In this document: positions 8,878-20,940 of the stretch, piece after piece
Numbering within the stretch: position 1 is the stretch's first letter
How the letters are laid out: each line of letters begins with the position of its first letter
Notes under the pieces: generated by a model
Seen by the model: only the letters and a program-made list of their open reading frames with translations
Database searches by the model: none
Told to the model about the DNA's origin: nothing
Made by a program: the position numbers and the translations under genes
Assembly: GCA_963743525.1 (NCBI GenBank)
Contig: CAVUQH010000006.1
Span: 1 to 43,430 of the forward strand
DNA length: 43,430 nucleotides
DNA from: an uncultured delta proteobacterium
Lineage (GTDB): Bacteria; Myxococcota_A; Polyangia; Haliangiales; Haliangiaceae
Direction: 5' to 3'

Positions 8878-11280
8878 CTACGGCGTGACTTCGACCATCT
8901 CGGCCGCCTTGGTCCGGTAGTTGGCGTCGATGTAGTCCATCAGCTCGAGCAGGTTGGTCTCCATCTGCGCGGGCCCGCCCAGCGGCGCGTCCATGTAGAA
9001 GGTGCCGCGCTCGCACAGGTCGCCGCTGAGATCGACCGGCACGCCGTCCTTGGTCGGCCGGCAGCGGCCGTCGACGTAGACGATGATGAACTTCTGGAAC
9101 CGCTGCTCCGGCTCCCAGTCGGGATTGATCATGTAGTTCTCGAACACCGCCGACAGCGACACCAGATCGCTGGGATCCTGGCCGTAGCCGTGGAGGAAGT
9201 AGACCACCGGGTAGGTCTTGTCGGCGTTGGCCGGGTCGTCGTAGCCCGGCGGCAGGAACAGGCCGAACGGGGTCTCGCGGCCGGTGGTCGGCGGCGTGAA
9301 GGTGAGGTCTTCGAGGATGTCGCCGGAGCTGGCGATCGACTCGCGGTCGCCGTTGGGCCAGTGGGCGTCGATCCAGGCGAACGCGGTGGTCGCGCGGTTG
9401 ATGATCTGCAGGGCGGTGCCGACGTGGCGGCCGTCGCCGCTCTCGATCTGGCTGGCGGTGGCGTCGGGGTTGCCGTAGCGGACGTAGTTGAACGCCGGCT
9501 GGCGGGTCCAGTCGATCTTGGAGAAGTCGAAGCGGCCGCCGCGCTCGATCCCCTGCATGTACTCGAACGCGTTCCACACCGCGCCCGGCATCTGGTACTT
9601 GCTCATCACCAGGCCGGAGGCGACGTTGGACGACACCGACGCGTTGAGGAAGTCGCGGATGCCGGCGTCCAGCCAGATGCCGACGCCGTCGCGCTCGGCG
9701 GCGGTCATGTTGCCCAGGATCTCGTCGATGTCGCTGGTGTACCAGCGGGCCAGGTTGGGCGAGATGGTCCATTCGCCGTCGCCCTCGCCGTAGTCGTAGC
9801 AGCCGGCGACGCCATTGGGCGTGTCGCCCTGCTGGCAGGTGCCGGCCACGCCGTCGAGACCGACGTCCTCGTACGGCTCGCCCTGGTCGTAGTCGAAGTT
9901 GCCCTCGGTGCCCAGCGGGTTGCGCAGGTAGTGGTAGTCGTCGCCGTTGGGGTCGGGGTTGGTCTGCGGGTCGTAGCCGGGCTCGTCGGCGTCGGCCAGG
10001 CCGTCGGTGCCGACGTCCTGGAACGGCTCGTACGGATCCATCACCAGCGGCTCGCCCGGATCGCGGATGCCGTTGCCGTTGAGGTCGACGGCCAGCAGGA
10101 TCTCGGCCGGGTTGGTCTGCGGCAGGCTGGCGTCGTAGACGCCCAGGCCCTTGGTCGGCGAGTCGCCGCCGTCGCAGAAGGTGATGACGTCGTGCGACCC
10201 GTCCGGGTTGTACTCGCGGTCGTAGAAGTCCTTCAGCACCATCGGGTTGGCGCAGCGGGTGGACGGATCTTCCTGGAAGTACGACGCCGGCACACCCGGC
10301 GGGGCGTACGGGTCATCTTTGTTGTACAGGGCCGGGTTGCCCAGCGCGCGGCCCAGGTCGCGGGACGCTTTGACGTACAGGTTGCGGTTGAGGGTCAGGC
10401 CGACGCCGTCGCCCGACTGGTACAGCTGGTGCTCGAAGTCGGACTTGGTCTCGAACTGGTCGGCCATCACCGGGCGCTGCTGGCCTGTGCACAGCTCGCC
10501 CAGGTTGCCGTTGCCGGCGTCCTGGTCGGCGGCGGTGCAGAAGCCGCCGAACAGGTAGTCGCGGATGAACGACAGCGAGTATTTCATCGACGGCCCCGGC
10601 TCGCCGCCGAGGTCGGCGACCAGGTCGAAGCGGTCGTGGTGGCGGAGGCCGATCGACATGGCCGCGTTGCCGCCCATCGAGATGCCGATGATGGCGCGGT
10701 AGGTCTGCCGGCGCATGACCGGCGTGCCGGCGTCGGCCGCGGCCACCGCCTGATAGGTGACCATCTCGCCGCCGCGGAAGCTGATGCGCGAGGCGTACGG
10801 ATCGTCGTCGACGACCGAGCGGTCGGCGACCGGCGGGAAGAACGGGGTGCCGTCGCCGACGCCGCGCACGGCGACGATGCGCACGTGCCGGGCGTTGGCG
10901 CCCTCGGGCAGGCGCGCGGCCTTGTACGGCAGGGTGAAGGTGAACGGCCTGTCCGACCACGACCCGACCGGGCCGAACGTCACCGCCGGGCCCAGGGCGA
11001 CGAAGCCGTCGGGGACGATGTCGTCGGCGCACTGGATGCTGACCATGCCACTCGGCACCGTCGTGGCCATGTCGGCGGCGACGGCCGCGCCGGCCAGGTC
11101 CTCGCTGGCGCCCTCGGGCACCGCGACCTCGCCGCCGGCGGACAGCGCGCCGGTCGCGCCCTCGCCGCAGACCAGCTCGGTGGTCCCCTTTGGCCCGCTG
11201 TCACCGCATGCGGCGAGCGCGGTAGTCAACAGTACGACACATAGCTCCCACCCCCGTGGGCATCGCGACGACAGGTGCAC
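8878..11280 (-). CDS. Alpha/beta-hydrolase (putative esterase family) lipoprotein with Ca-binding-like insert and permuted motif order
   Basis: Lipobox LAAC; GISMGG; LDAGIRDF; GRH; LPPGY..YPVVYFLHGYG; DLNGNG and DVGxDG repeats; SD AGGAG before GTG 11280. Confidence 0.8.
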   Translation of the reverse strand: MHLSSRCPRGWELCVVLLTTALAACGDSGPKGTTELVCGEGATGALSAGGEVAVPEGASEDLAGAAVAADMATTVPSGMVSIQCADDIVPDGFVALGPAVTFGPVGSWSDRPFTFTLPYKAARLPEGANARHVRIVAVRGVGDGTPFFPPVADRSVVDDDPYASRISFRGGEMVTYQAVAAADAGTPVMRRQTYRAIIGISMGGNAAMSIGLRHHDRFDLVADLGGEPGPSMKYSLSFIRDYLFGGFCTAADQDAGNGNLGELCTGQQRPVMADQFETKSDFEHQLYQSGDGVGLTLNRNLYVKASRDLGRALGNPALYNKDDPYAPPGVPASYFQEDPSTRCANPMVLKDFYDREYNPDGSHDVITFCDGGDSPTKGLGVYDASLPQTNPAEILLAVDLNGNGIRDPGEPLVMDPYEPFQDVGTDGLADADEPGYDPQTNPDPNGDDYHYLRNPLGTEGNFDYDQGEPYEDVGLDGVAGTCQQGDTPNGVAGCYDYGEGDGEWTISPNLARWYTSDIDEILGNMTAAERDGVGIWLDAGIRDFLNASVSSNVASGLVMSKYQMPGAVWNAFEYMQGIERGGRFDFSKIDWTRQPAFNYVRYGNPDATASQIESGDGRHVGTALQIINRATTAFAWIDAHWPNGDRESIASSGDILEDLTFTPPTTGRETPFGLFLPPGYDDPANADKTYPVVYFLHGYGQDPSDLVSLSAVFENYMINPDWEPEQRFQKFIIVYVDGRCRPTKDGVPVDLSGDLCERGTFYMDAPLGGPAQMETNLLELMDYIDANYRTKAAEMVEVTP

Positions 11281-11389
11281 TGGTCAGGCTCCTTACCAAT
11301 CGGTGGCGATCCAGGCCCCTTGTACCACGCGACCTCGCCAGCTCCGTCAGGAATTTGCCCCGCGTGATCTGGGTCCCTATCGTCGAGGT

Positions 11390-11700
11390 GTGTCGCCGAA
11401 GACTCGCCGCTGGGCCACGCGGGTCGGGCTCTCTCTTCTGCTCGCCGTTGGGCTCGCGTATCTGCCGTACCGGTTGCAGGCCGGTGCCGGCGTCGGCGAC
11501 GTGGCGCGGCTGCGCGGCGAGCTGCAAAAGACCCGCGCAGAGATCCGCAAGCTGTCGCTCGAGAATGCGCGCTACCGCCGCGACGTCAACGCGCTCAAGA
11601 ACGACCCATCGGCGATCGAAGACATCGCCCGCGACGAGATCGGCCTGGTCCACGACGGCGAGCTGGTGATCCGCGTCGAGGGCGCGAGCGAGGGCGATCG

Positions 11701-11704
<4 letters not shown>
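11390..11704 (+). CDS. ftsB: Septum formation initiator FtsB/DivIC
   Basis: Single TM helix, coiled coil, and LKNDPSAIEDIARDEIGLVHDGE motif. Confidence 0.8.
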
Positions 11705-13902
<2,198 letters not shown>

Positions 13903-13990
13903 GGCCTTCGCACACACACCGCGAATGCTCGGCGTTCTCGGGCAGCGCGCATTGACACGAGTTCACGCGGCTCGGGATGATTGTGCGTAG

Positions 13991-15301
13991 ATGGCGAAGA
14001 AGAACTACGTCTTCGACACCAATGTGCTCCTCCACGATCCGCGAGCGATTTATGGCTTCGCGGACAACCACATCATCGTCCCGATCTACGTCCTCGAAGA
14101 GATCGACAACTTCAAGAAGGAGATGTCGGAGCTGGGCCGCAACGCCCGGCAGGTGGCGCGGTATCTGGACGACGAGCGGGTCAAGGGGCACCTGGGTGAC
14201 GGCGTTCCCCTGGAGGGCGGCGGCACCATCCGCGTGGCCTCCAGCGGGCGAATTCACGACGGCGGTGGGGGCAACTCCCGCAAGATGGACGACCTGATCC
14301 TTCGGGTCGCCCTGGAGGTGCGCGATCTCGATCGCTCGGTGCCGACGATCCTGGTGACCAAGGACGTCAACATGCGCATCCGCGGCGATGCGCTGGGCCT
14401 CGACACCGTCAACTACGAGCCGGAGCAGATTTCGGTCAACCAGCTGTACGAAGGGGCCAAGGAAGTGGCCCTGGGCGGCGAGATGATCGACCAGTTCTAC
14501 GCCGACGGCTCGATGACGCTCGACGTCAAGCTGTCGGCCAACGAGTACGTGCTGCTGCGCGACGAAGAGAACGCCGGCCACTCGGCGCTGGCCCGCTTCG
14601 ACAAGGAGCAGGGCAAGGTCGTGCCGATCCGCCGGCTGCGCGAAGGGGTGTGGGGCATCCGCCCGCGCAACAAGGAGCAGCACTACGCCCTCGACCTCTT
14701 GCTCAACGACGACATCAAGCTGGTGACCCTGGTCGGCAAGGCCGGCACCGGCAAGACGCTGCTGGCGCTGGCCGCCGGGCTGCAAAAGACCACCGAGGAT
14801 CAGTCGTTCCAGAAGCTCCTGGTGTCGCGGCCGATCTTCCCGCTCGGGCGCGACATCGGTTATCTGCCCGGCGACATCGAAGAGAAGCTGAATCCGTGGA
14901 TGCAGCCGATCTACGACAACCTCGAGCTGCTGCTGGGGTTGAGCAAGGCCGACAAGTCGAGCGGTCGCAGCTACGCCGAGCTGGTCGACCTGGGCTTCGT
15001 CGAGATCGAGCCGCTGACCTACATCCGCGGTCGCTCACTGCCCAACGTGTTCATGATCGTCGACGAGGCGCAGAACCTCACCCCGCACGAGGTCAAGACG
15101 ATCATCACGCGCGCCGGTGACGGTACCAAGATCATCCTCACCGGCGACCCGTATCAGATCGACCAGCCGTACATCGACTCGACCAACAACGGTCTGACGA
15201 TCGTCGCCGAGCGCTTCAAGGACGAAGCGATCGCCGGCCACGTCACCCTGACCAAGGGCGAGCGGTCGGCGCTGGCGGAGCTGGCGACGCACGTGCTGTA
15301 A
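13991..15301 (+). CDS. PhoH family protein (PIN domain plus PhoH ATPase, PhoH2/YlaK type)
   Basis: YVFDTNVLLHDP (PIN); GKAGTGKT Walker A; IGYLPG; YIRGRS; DEAQN; TGDPYQID. Confidence 0.93.
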   Translation: MAKKNYVFDTNVLLHDPRAIYGFADNHIIVPIYVLEEIDNFKKEMSELGRNARQVARYLDDERVKGHLGDGVPLEGGGTIRVASSGRIHDGGGGNSRKMDDLILRVALEVRDLDRSVPTILVTKDVNMRIRGDALGLDTVNYEPEQISVNQLYEGAKEVALGGEMIDQFYADGSMTLDVKLSANEYVLLRDEENAGHSALARFDKEQGKVVPIRRLREGVWGIRPRNKEQHYALDLLLNDDIKLVTLVGKAGTGKTLLALAAGLQKTTEDQSFQKLLVSRPIFPLGRDIGYLPGDIEEKLNPWMQPIYDNLELLLGLSKADKSSGRSYAELVDLGFVEIEPLTYIRGRSLPNVFMIVDEAQNLTPHEVKTIITRAGDGTKIILTGDPYQIDQPYIDSTNNGLTIVAERFKDEAIAGHVTLTKGERSALAELATHVL

Positions 15302-15308
15302 TCGGCGG

Positions 15309-15782
15309 GTGCACGGACGTGTGCCATGGCTCGGCCTCGGCGTCGTCGCCGCCGCGGTGGCGGTCGGCCACGGCGGGGCCGGAGCCGCGCCACCGCCCGA
15401 CTACCGCATTTCGGTCGAGCGCGCGGTCACCGTGACCGAAGGCGAGCGCACCGCGGTGTCGCTGACCGTCGCTGCGCGCGCCGGCTACAGCATCTCGCGC
15501 GACGGGCCGCTGAGCCTGTCGCTGTCGGCGGCGCCCGAGGGCGCGATCACGCTGCCGCGCAGCCGCTACCGCCGGGCCGACGCCGCCGACGCCCACGCCG
15601 AGAACCCGCGCTTCGACCTGGCGCTGGTCGCCGGCGCGGCGGGGCAGGCGACGCTGACGATCGATGTCCACTTCTGGGTGTGTGCGAAGCGGACCTGCCG
15701 CCCGGTTCACGACCAGCGCCAGGTGCGGGTGACGATCCAGGCCAAGGCTCCACCGCCCCCGCCACCCGACGCCGGTCAGTGA
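15309..15782 (+). CDS. Small secreted Ig-like protein with CxxxxC (resembles the DsbD N-terminal domain)
   Basis: Signal peptide; GYSISRDGPLSL; FWVCAKRTCRP. Confidence 0.55.
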   Translation: MHGRVPWLGLGVVAAAVAVGHGGAGAAPPPDYRISVERAVTVTEGERTAVSLTVAARAGYSISRDGPLSLSLSAAPEGAITLPRSRYRRADAADAHAENPRFDLALVAGAAGQATLTIDVHFWVCAKRTCRPVHDQRQVRVTIQAKAPPPPPPDAGQ

Positions 15783-15788
15783 GCGCGG

Positions 15789-16424
15789 CTACTGGGCGAT
15801 GCCGATGACCCCGCAGGCGAGGCGGCCGCCGGCCGCGCCGATCGGCGGCTGGGCGGGGTCATTGCCCTTTTCGTGGATGATCACCGAGCGGCCAATCAGC
15901 GAGTAGGGGCCCTGCAGCGACGCCTTGTCGAGGTGGGTCTTGGCCTCGGCCTTGCCCTCCTTGTCGGCGTCGAGCTCGCCCAGGTTGCCGGTGATCCGCT
16001 TGATGTCGGTGGGCGGCTTCATCGAGCTGCCGTCGAAGTTGAAGTGGGTGCCGGCGCTCTTGCCGTCGGCGCTGGAGCAGTCGCCGAGCACGTGGATGTG
16101 ATAGGCGTGCACGCCCGGCGGCAGGCCTTCGATCTCGGCGGTGACGTCAACGCCGCCGCCCGGCGCCTGCGCGAACTGGATGGTGCCGTGGGCTTCGCGG
16201 CCCTGGGTCGGGGCGAGCACTGCCACCGCCCTGGTCACCGACTCGGGGGTGCCGGCGCCGGGATCGACGTATGGCAGCGGGGCCCTGGCGGCGGGCGCGG
16301 CCGGCGTCGCTGTCGGCGTCTCGACCGTCTTGGGCGCCGCCGGGCTGCTCTCGTCGGTCTTCTTCTTGGAACAGCCGGGCGCCGCCAGCATGACCGCGGC
16401 TGCCAGGCAGAGGGAAATCTTCAT
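15789..16424 (-). CDS. sodC: Cu/Zn-family superoxide dismutase lipoprotein
   Basis: Lipobox APGC; HAYHIH; GDC; SAGTHFN; IGRSVIIHE; GAAGGRLACGVI; SD GGAG. Confidence 0.9.
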   Translation of the reverse strand: MKISLCLAAAVMLAAPGCSKKKTDESSPAAPKTVETPTATPAAPAARAPLPYVDPGAGTPESVTRAVAVLAPTQGREAHGTIQFAQAPGGGVDVTAEIEGLPPGVHAYHIHVLGDCSSADGKSAGTHFNFDGSSMKPPTDIKRITGNLGELDADKEGKAEAKTHLDKASLQGPYSLIGRSVIIHEKGNDPAQPPIGAAGGRLACGVIGIAQ

Positions 16425-16559
16425 GGAGCTCTCCTGTCGGATTGGGGTACGCGCCGTCTCGGCTTCAAGCGGCGTGCCAGGCAAACAGCCGCGCACGCGC
16501 GAATCGCGGCGCCGGAGGCGGCCACTCTGTCTCACCCGTGGCGAATTGACACGGTCGCG

Positions 16560-17849
16560 CTATGCCGCCTGGGCGGGGCCGCGAATCAGGTCGCGGATGG
16601 TGCCCTGGCGCGCGCGCGATAGATCGCCGACCACCGCGACCGCCAGGTTGCTCGGGTCGAGCACGCGCGCGGCGACCCGCTGGATGTCGGCGGCCGTGAT
16701 CCGGTCCATCGCGTCGAGTCGGTCCTGGAACGACGGCGGCGGGTAGTAGAGGGCGATGCCGCCGAAGTGGCCGGCCATGGCCGAGGCGTCGTCGACGGCG
16801 CTGGCCAGGTCGTAGCGGTAGCGGCGCTTGATCTTGGCCAGCTCGTTGTCGTCGATCGCGCGCTCGCGAAGCTCGGCGAAGATGGTCAGGGTCTCGCCCA
16901 GGAGCTCGGCGACCTTGCCCGGCTGCGCGCTGGCGACGACGTCGAGCAACGCGACGTCGTGCAGTGGCTCGAGGCCGGCGTTGACCGAGTAGGCCAGTCC
17001 CTTCTGATCGCACAGGCGGTAGTGCAGCCGCGTGGCCATGCCGTCGTCGAGGGTGCGCAAGAGCGCCTGGCTGGCGACGTAGTCCGGGTCGAGCTCGGGC
17101 ACCGCGCGGAGAAGCACCGACAGCTCGACCTGCGACCCGTGATCGCGGACGAAGCGGACCAGCGGCTGGCCGCTGCCGGGCGGCGCCGGCTCGGGCTCGG
17201 CGGCGGTGCCCGGGGGCAGGTGACCCAGCGTCTCGCGCGCGGCCTCTTCCACCTCGGCCGGCGACACCGGGCCGGCGACGCAGACGATCATGTTGCGCGC
17301 GCCGTAGAAGCTGGCGAAGTGGCGGCGCACGTCTTCCTCGGAGAAGCGCTCGACGTTGGCCTGTGGGCCGATGATCCGCTGACCCAGGGGATGCCCCTCG
17401 AACATCAGGCCGCGGGCGATGTCGTCGACGTTGATCTCGACCCCTTTGGCGTCGTAGTCCTCGCGCATCTCTTCGAGGATCAGGGCCCGTTCGAGCTCGA
17501 TATCGCTGAAACGCGGCCGCCCGAGCACCTCGCCCAGCAGGGCCAGCCCGGGAGTGACCTCGCCGGTCTCGACCGCCATCTGGAACAGCGAGTAGTCCCG
17601 GCCGGTCTCGGCGTGCAGCGCCTGGCCCAGGCTCTCGACCGCGAAGTTGAGATCCAGAGAGGTGGGATACCGCTCCGTGCCGCGGAACAGCATGTGCTCC
17701 ACGAAGTGCGACAGCCCGTTGTCTCGGGGGGTTTCGAACCGCGACCCGACCTTCACATAGGCCGCCAGCGTCGCTGTGTGCAGGTGAGGAAGCTCGACGA
17801 CCGCGACGCGGAGGCCGTTGTCGAGCTCGAACCTAGTGATCACGAACAC
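16560..17849 (-). CDS. M16 family (pitrilysin-like) zinc peptidase
   Basis: LDNGLRV; GSRFE; GLSHFVEHMLFRGT (HxxEH); RL...GLAY in the C-domain. Confidence 0.92.
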   Translation of the reverse strand: MFVITRFELDNGLRVAVVELPHLHTATLAAYVKVGSRFETPRDNGLSHFVEHMLFRGTERYPTSLDLNFAVESLGQALHAETGRDYSLFQMAVETGEVTPGLALLGEVLGRPRFSDIELERALILEEMREDYDAKGVEINVDDIARGLMFEGHPLGQRIIGPQANVERFSEEDVRRHFASFYGARNMIVCVAGPVSPAEVEEAARETLGHLPPGTAAEPEPAPPGSGQPLVRFVRDHGSQVELSVLLRAVPELDPDYVASQALLRTLDDGMATRLHYRLCDQKGLAYSVNAGLEPLHDVALLDVVASAQPGKVAELLGETLTIFAELRERAIDDNELAKIKRRYRYDLASAVDDASAMAGHFGGIALYYPPPSFQDRLDAMDRITAADIQRVAARVLDPSNLAVAVVGDLSRARQGTIRDLIRGPAQAA

Positions 17850-17922
17850 TTCGGGAGTATGCTCCGTTGACTGGCAGGCGCCAGCACGGTATCAGATTAA
17901 AGTACCGAGCGGTCGGGGCTAC

Positions 17923-18847
17923 ATGCTGCTCAAGAAGATCGTCATCGCTGAGGACGACGACGCCATCGCGCACATGGTCAACATGGCGCTCGGCGACGCC
18001 GGCTTCCTGTGTCTGCGCGCGCGGGGTGGCGAGGAGGCGTTGCGCCTGGTTCGCTACCACGTGCCGGATCTGTTGGTGCTCGACGTGATGATGCCCAACG
18101 TTGACGGGCACGAGGTCGCGCGCCGGCTGCGCGCCGACATGGTCATGTCGAAGACGCCGATCCTCATGCTCACCGCGCTCGGCTCGGTCGAGAACAAGGT
18201 CGCCGGTCTCGAGGCCGGCGCCGACGACTATCTGGTCAAGCCGTTCGACCTGCGCGAGCTGTCGGCCCGGGTCAAGGCGCTCATCCGCGCGTCGCGGCGC
18301 GAGCGCGATCGCAACCCGACCACCTCGCTGCCCGGGTCGAGCTCGGTCGAGACCAAGATCGACGAGCTGCTGGCGGCCGGCGGCGAGCACGCCGTGCTGC
18401 ACTTCGACGTCTCCGGCTTCGACGCGTGGGCCGATCACATCGGCTTCACCCGCGCCGACGAGATCGTCGCCGAGCTGGGCACGCTGATCCTGGGCAAGGT
18501 CGAAGAGCACGCGCGGGCCGGCGGCTTCCTCGGTCACCTGGGCGGCGTCGACTTCGTCGCCGTATGCGCGGCCGATCGGCGCCGAGGCGTTGGCCCGCGA
18601 CACCATCGAGGCGTTCGAAGGCCGGCGTGCCGAGTGGGCATCCGATCCGGGCGCGGCGACCGGCGAATCAGCCGAGCAGGCGGCGCAGCTGGGTGGCGAG
18701 CTGAGGCTGGTCGTCGCGGTTGCGACCACCGGCGGGCTGGATGAGAACGGCGGCGAGGCGCTGACCGAGCGCATGGCCGAGGCGATGCGCGCAGCGAAGA
18801 AGCGCGGGGGCTCGGGCTACGTCGTCTGGCAGCCGGAAACCGCCTGA
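17923..18847 (+). CDS. Response regulator with degenerate GGDEF-like domain; frameshift at ~18578
   Basis: AEDD, LDVMMP, MLTA and KPF receiver motifs; NPTTSLPG; GHLGGVDF; continues in ORF 18590..18847 (EAMRAAKKRGGS). Confidence 0.8.
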
Positions 18848-18923
18848 CGAGGGTTCCTCCGGAGCCGTCGACACGGCGACCGCCGAGGCGCGCCGCGACC
18901 AGCCCAGCGGGCTGGAGAGCACC

Positions 18924-20837
18924 GTGCACGCAGGGGAGGGCGGCGACGCTCCGCCGCTGAGCTACCGGCCGGTGACCATCGGCTCGCGCCTGGGCCGCTA
19001 CGAGCTGATCGGCGAGCTCGGCACCGGCGGCATGGCCACCGTCTATCGCGCGCGCGACAGCCAGCTGCGCCGCGAGGTGGCGGTCAAGGTGCTGTTCCCG
19101 CACCTGTGCAAGAAGCGCGAGGTGGTCGCCCGGTTCCAGCGCGAGGCCCGCGCCGCCGCCGCGCTCGATCACCAACACATCCTCCGCGTGCTCGACGTCG
19201 GCGGCGGTCCCACCGCCAGCCGGCCCGGCACCGCCGGCGACGACACGCCCGAGGCAATGATCGACCCGCCGTTCATCGTCCTCGAGCTGGTGCGCGGGCA
19301 CAGCTTGCGCGAGCACATGGACCAGCGCGGCGGACCGATCCTGGCCGAGGTCGTCGCCTGCGCCGGCGCCGTCATCTGCGAGGCGCTCGAGGTCGCCCAC
19401 GCCGCCGGCATCGTTCACCGCGACATCAAGCCGGCCAACATCATGGTCGCCGAGGGCGGTCGTTTGGTGCTGGCCGACTTCGGCGTCGCCCGCCTCGACG
19501 ACGACGACTCGTCGCTGGTCACGCGCACCGGCGCCATCCTCGGCACGCCGGCGTTCATGTCACCCGAACAGGCGCAGGGCGATGCGGCCACCGAGCGCTC
19601 CGACGTCTACTCGCTGGGCGCGACCCTCTACCAGCTGGCCACCGGCTCGATGCCGTTCGGCGGACCGACGCCGAAGATGATGTGGGCCATCGCCCACGGC
19701 GAGCAGACGCCGCCGCTCCGCCGCAACCCGGCCATGGGCGCCGCGCTGGCCCGCGCCATCGAGCAGATGATGGCCGCCGACCCCGCCGCTCGCACCGCCG
19801 ACGCCCACGCGGCCCGCGATGCGCTGCGCGACGTGGCCGCCGCCGGCGGCATCACCAACGTCGAAAAGACCCTGGCCGACTACTTCGCCGCGCCGGACGC
19901 GTTCGAAGCCGAAGCCCGCCCGGCCATCGTCGCCCACCTCCTCGCCGGCGCCCGCGCCGCCGCCGCCGCCGGCCAGCTGCCCCGCGCGACCTCGCTGGTC
20001 AACCGCATCCTCGGTCTCGAGCCCGACAACGCCGAGGCCCTGGCGCTGGTCAACAACATGACCGCCCGCGCCCGCAGCCGCCGCCTCCTCCTCGGAGCCG
20101 CCGCCGTCATCGCGCTGGCAGGCGCCGCCACCGCCGCCTACCTCCTGTGGCCCGCGCCGGCCGCCGCCCCCGCATTTGCCGACGCCGCCCCGACCGATGC
20201 GGGCCCGCCCGACGCCACCCCCGACGCCCCCCCACCGCCCGACACCGGGGACACGCCCGTGGGTCCCAACATCCCGGTATCACAGCGGATCTCACACAAA
20301 ACGTCCAATCCGGAAACTCACCGGCCCGCGCCGGCGCCAATCGACGCCGCCGTGGCCGCGGTCGAGCCGCCGCTGCCGCCGGATGCCGCTCCCGCGCCGC
20401 CGCCGTCTGCCTGGCTCACGCTCGACATCTCGCCGTGGTGCAACGCGAGCATCGACGGCGCCGACGTCGGTCGGGCCAACCGCGCGCGCCCGATCGAGCT
20501 GCGCCCCGGCCGCCACGAGGTGGTCTGCTCCCAGGGCCCGGGCATGGCCGAGTGGCGCCGCACGGTGACCCTGACCCCGGGCCAGCATCTCACCGAGACC
20601 GGCAGCGTGCTCCGCCCGGTCGCCGTCACCATCGCCGTCTCCGGCGGCGACGGCGTGCGCATCGCCGGCAGCTACCACGCCAACGGCTCCCGGCTGAAGC
20701 TGGCGCCCGACCGCTACCGCATCGAGGTGACCCGGGGCGGCAAGGTCACCGGTGGTCGCTGGGTGACCCTGCCGCGGGTGTCGTCCTGCGTGGTCCGCGA
20801 CGACCCGGCCCTCGACTGCTACGCGCCCAAACCATGA
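18924..20837 (+). CDS. Hanks-type Ser/Thr protein kinase with TM and PEGA-like C-terminus
   Basis: LGTGGMATVY; VAVK; HRDIKPAN; DFG; GTPAFMSPEQ; SDVYSLG. True start may be GTG 18972. Confidence 0.93.
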   Translation: MHAGEGGDAPPLSYRPVTIGSRLGRYELIGELGTGGMATVYRARDSQLRREVAVKVLFPHLCKKREVVARFQREARAAAALDHQHILRVLDVGGGPTASRPGTAGDDTPEAMIDPPFIVLELVRGHSLREHMDQRGGPILAEVVACAGAVICEALEVAHAAGIVHRDIKPANIMVAEGGRLVLADFGVARLDDDDSSLVTRTGAILGTPAFMSPEQAQGDAATERSDVYSLGATLYQLATGSMPFGGPTPKMMWAIAHGEQTPPLRRNPAMGAALARAIEQMMAADPAARTADAHAARDALRDVAAAGGITNVEKTLADYFAAPDAFEAEARPAIVAHLLAGARAAAAAGQLPRATSLVNRILGLEPDNAEALALVNNMTARARSRRLLLGAAAVIALAGAATAAYLLWPAPAAAPAFADAAPTDAGPPDATPDAPPPPDTGDTPVGPNIPVSQRISHKTSNPETHRPAPAPIDAAVAAVEPPLPPDAAPAPPPSAWLTLDISPWCNASIDGADVGRANRARPIELRPGRHEVVCSQGPGMAEWRRTVTLTPGQHLTETGSVLRPVAVTIAVSGGDGVRIAGSYHANGSRLKLAPDRYRIEVTRGGKVTGGRWVTLPRVSSCVVRDDPALDCYAPKP

Positions 20838-20912
20838 CGCCAGTGTCGCGGCCTGCTCTGATGCCGCGACTCGCGCCGCGCAATTTCGTAAGATTCTCCG
20901 CAGGTTGGGTTT

Positions 20913-20928
20913 GGGCAAGGCGGTTGCA
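20913..20928 (+). promoter_or_regulatory. Candidate sigma54 (-24/-12) promoter
   Basis: GGGCAAGGCGGTTGCA matches GG-N10-GC with TTGCA, in the intergenic gap before GTG 20941. Confidence 0.45.
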
Positions 20929-20940
20929 TTGCAGACCGGC

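Noticed and set aside
13952..13985. TTGACA upstream of the PhoH gene
   Set aside because: No convincing -10 at 16-18 nt (best GATGAT), so not called as a promoter.
13991..15782. PhoH2 PIN domain as a toxin-antitoxin or defence system
   Set aside because: No antitoxin-like upstream gene; PIN-PhoH proteins are widespread and this context looks like core genome.
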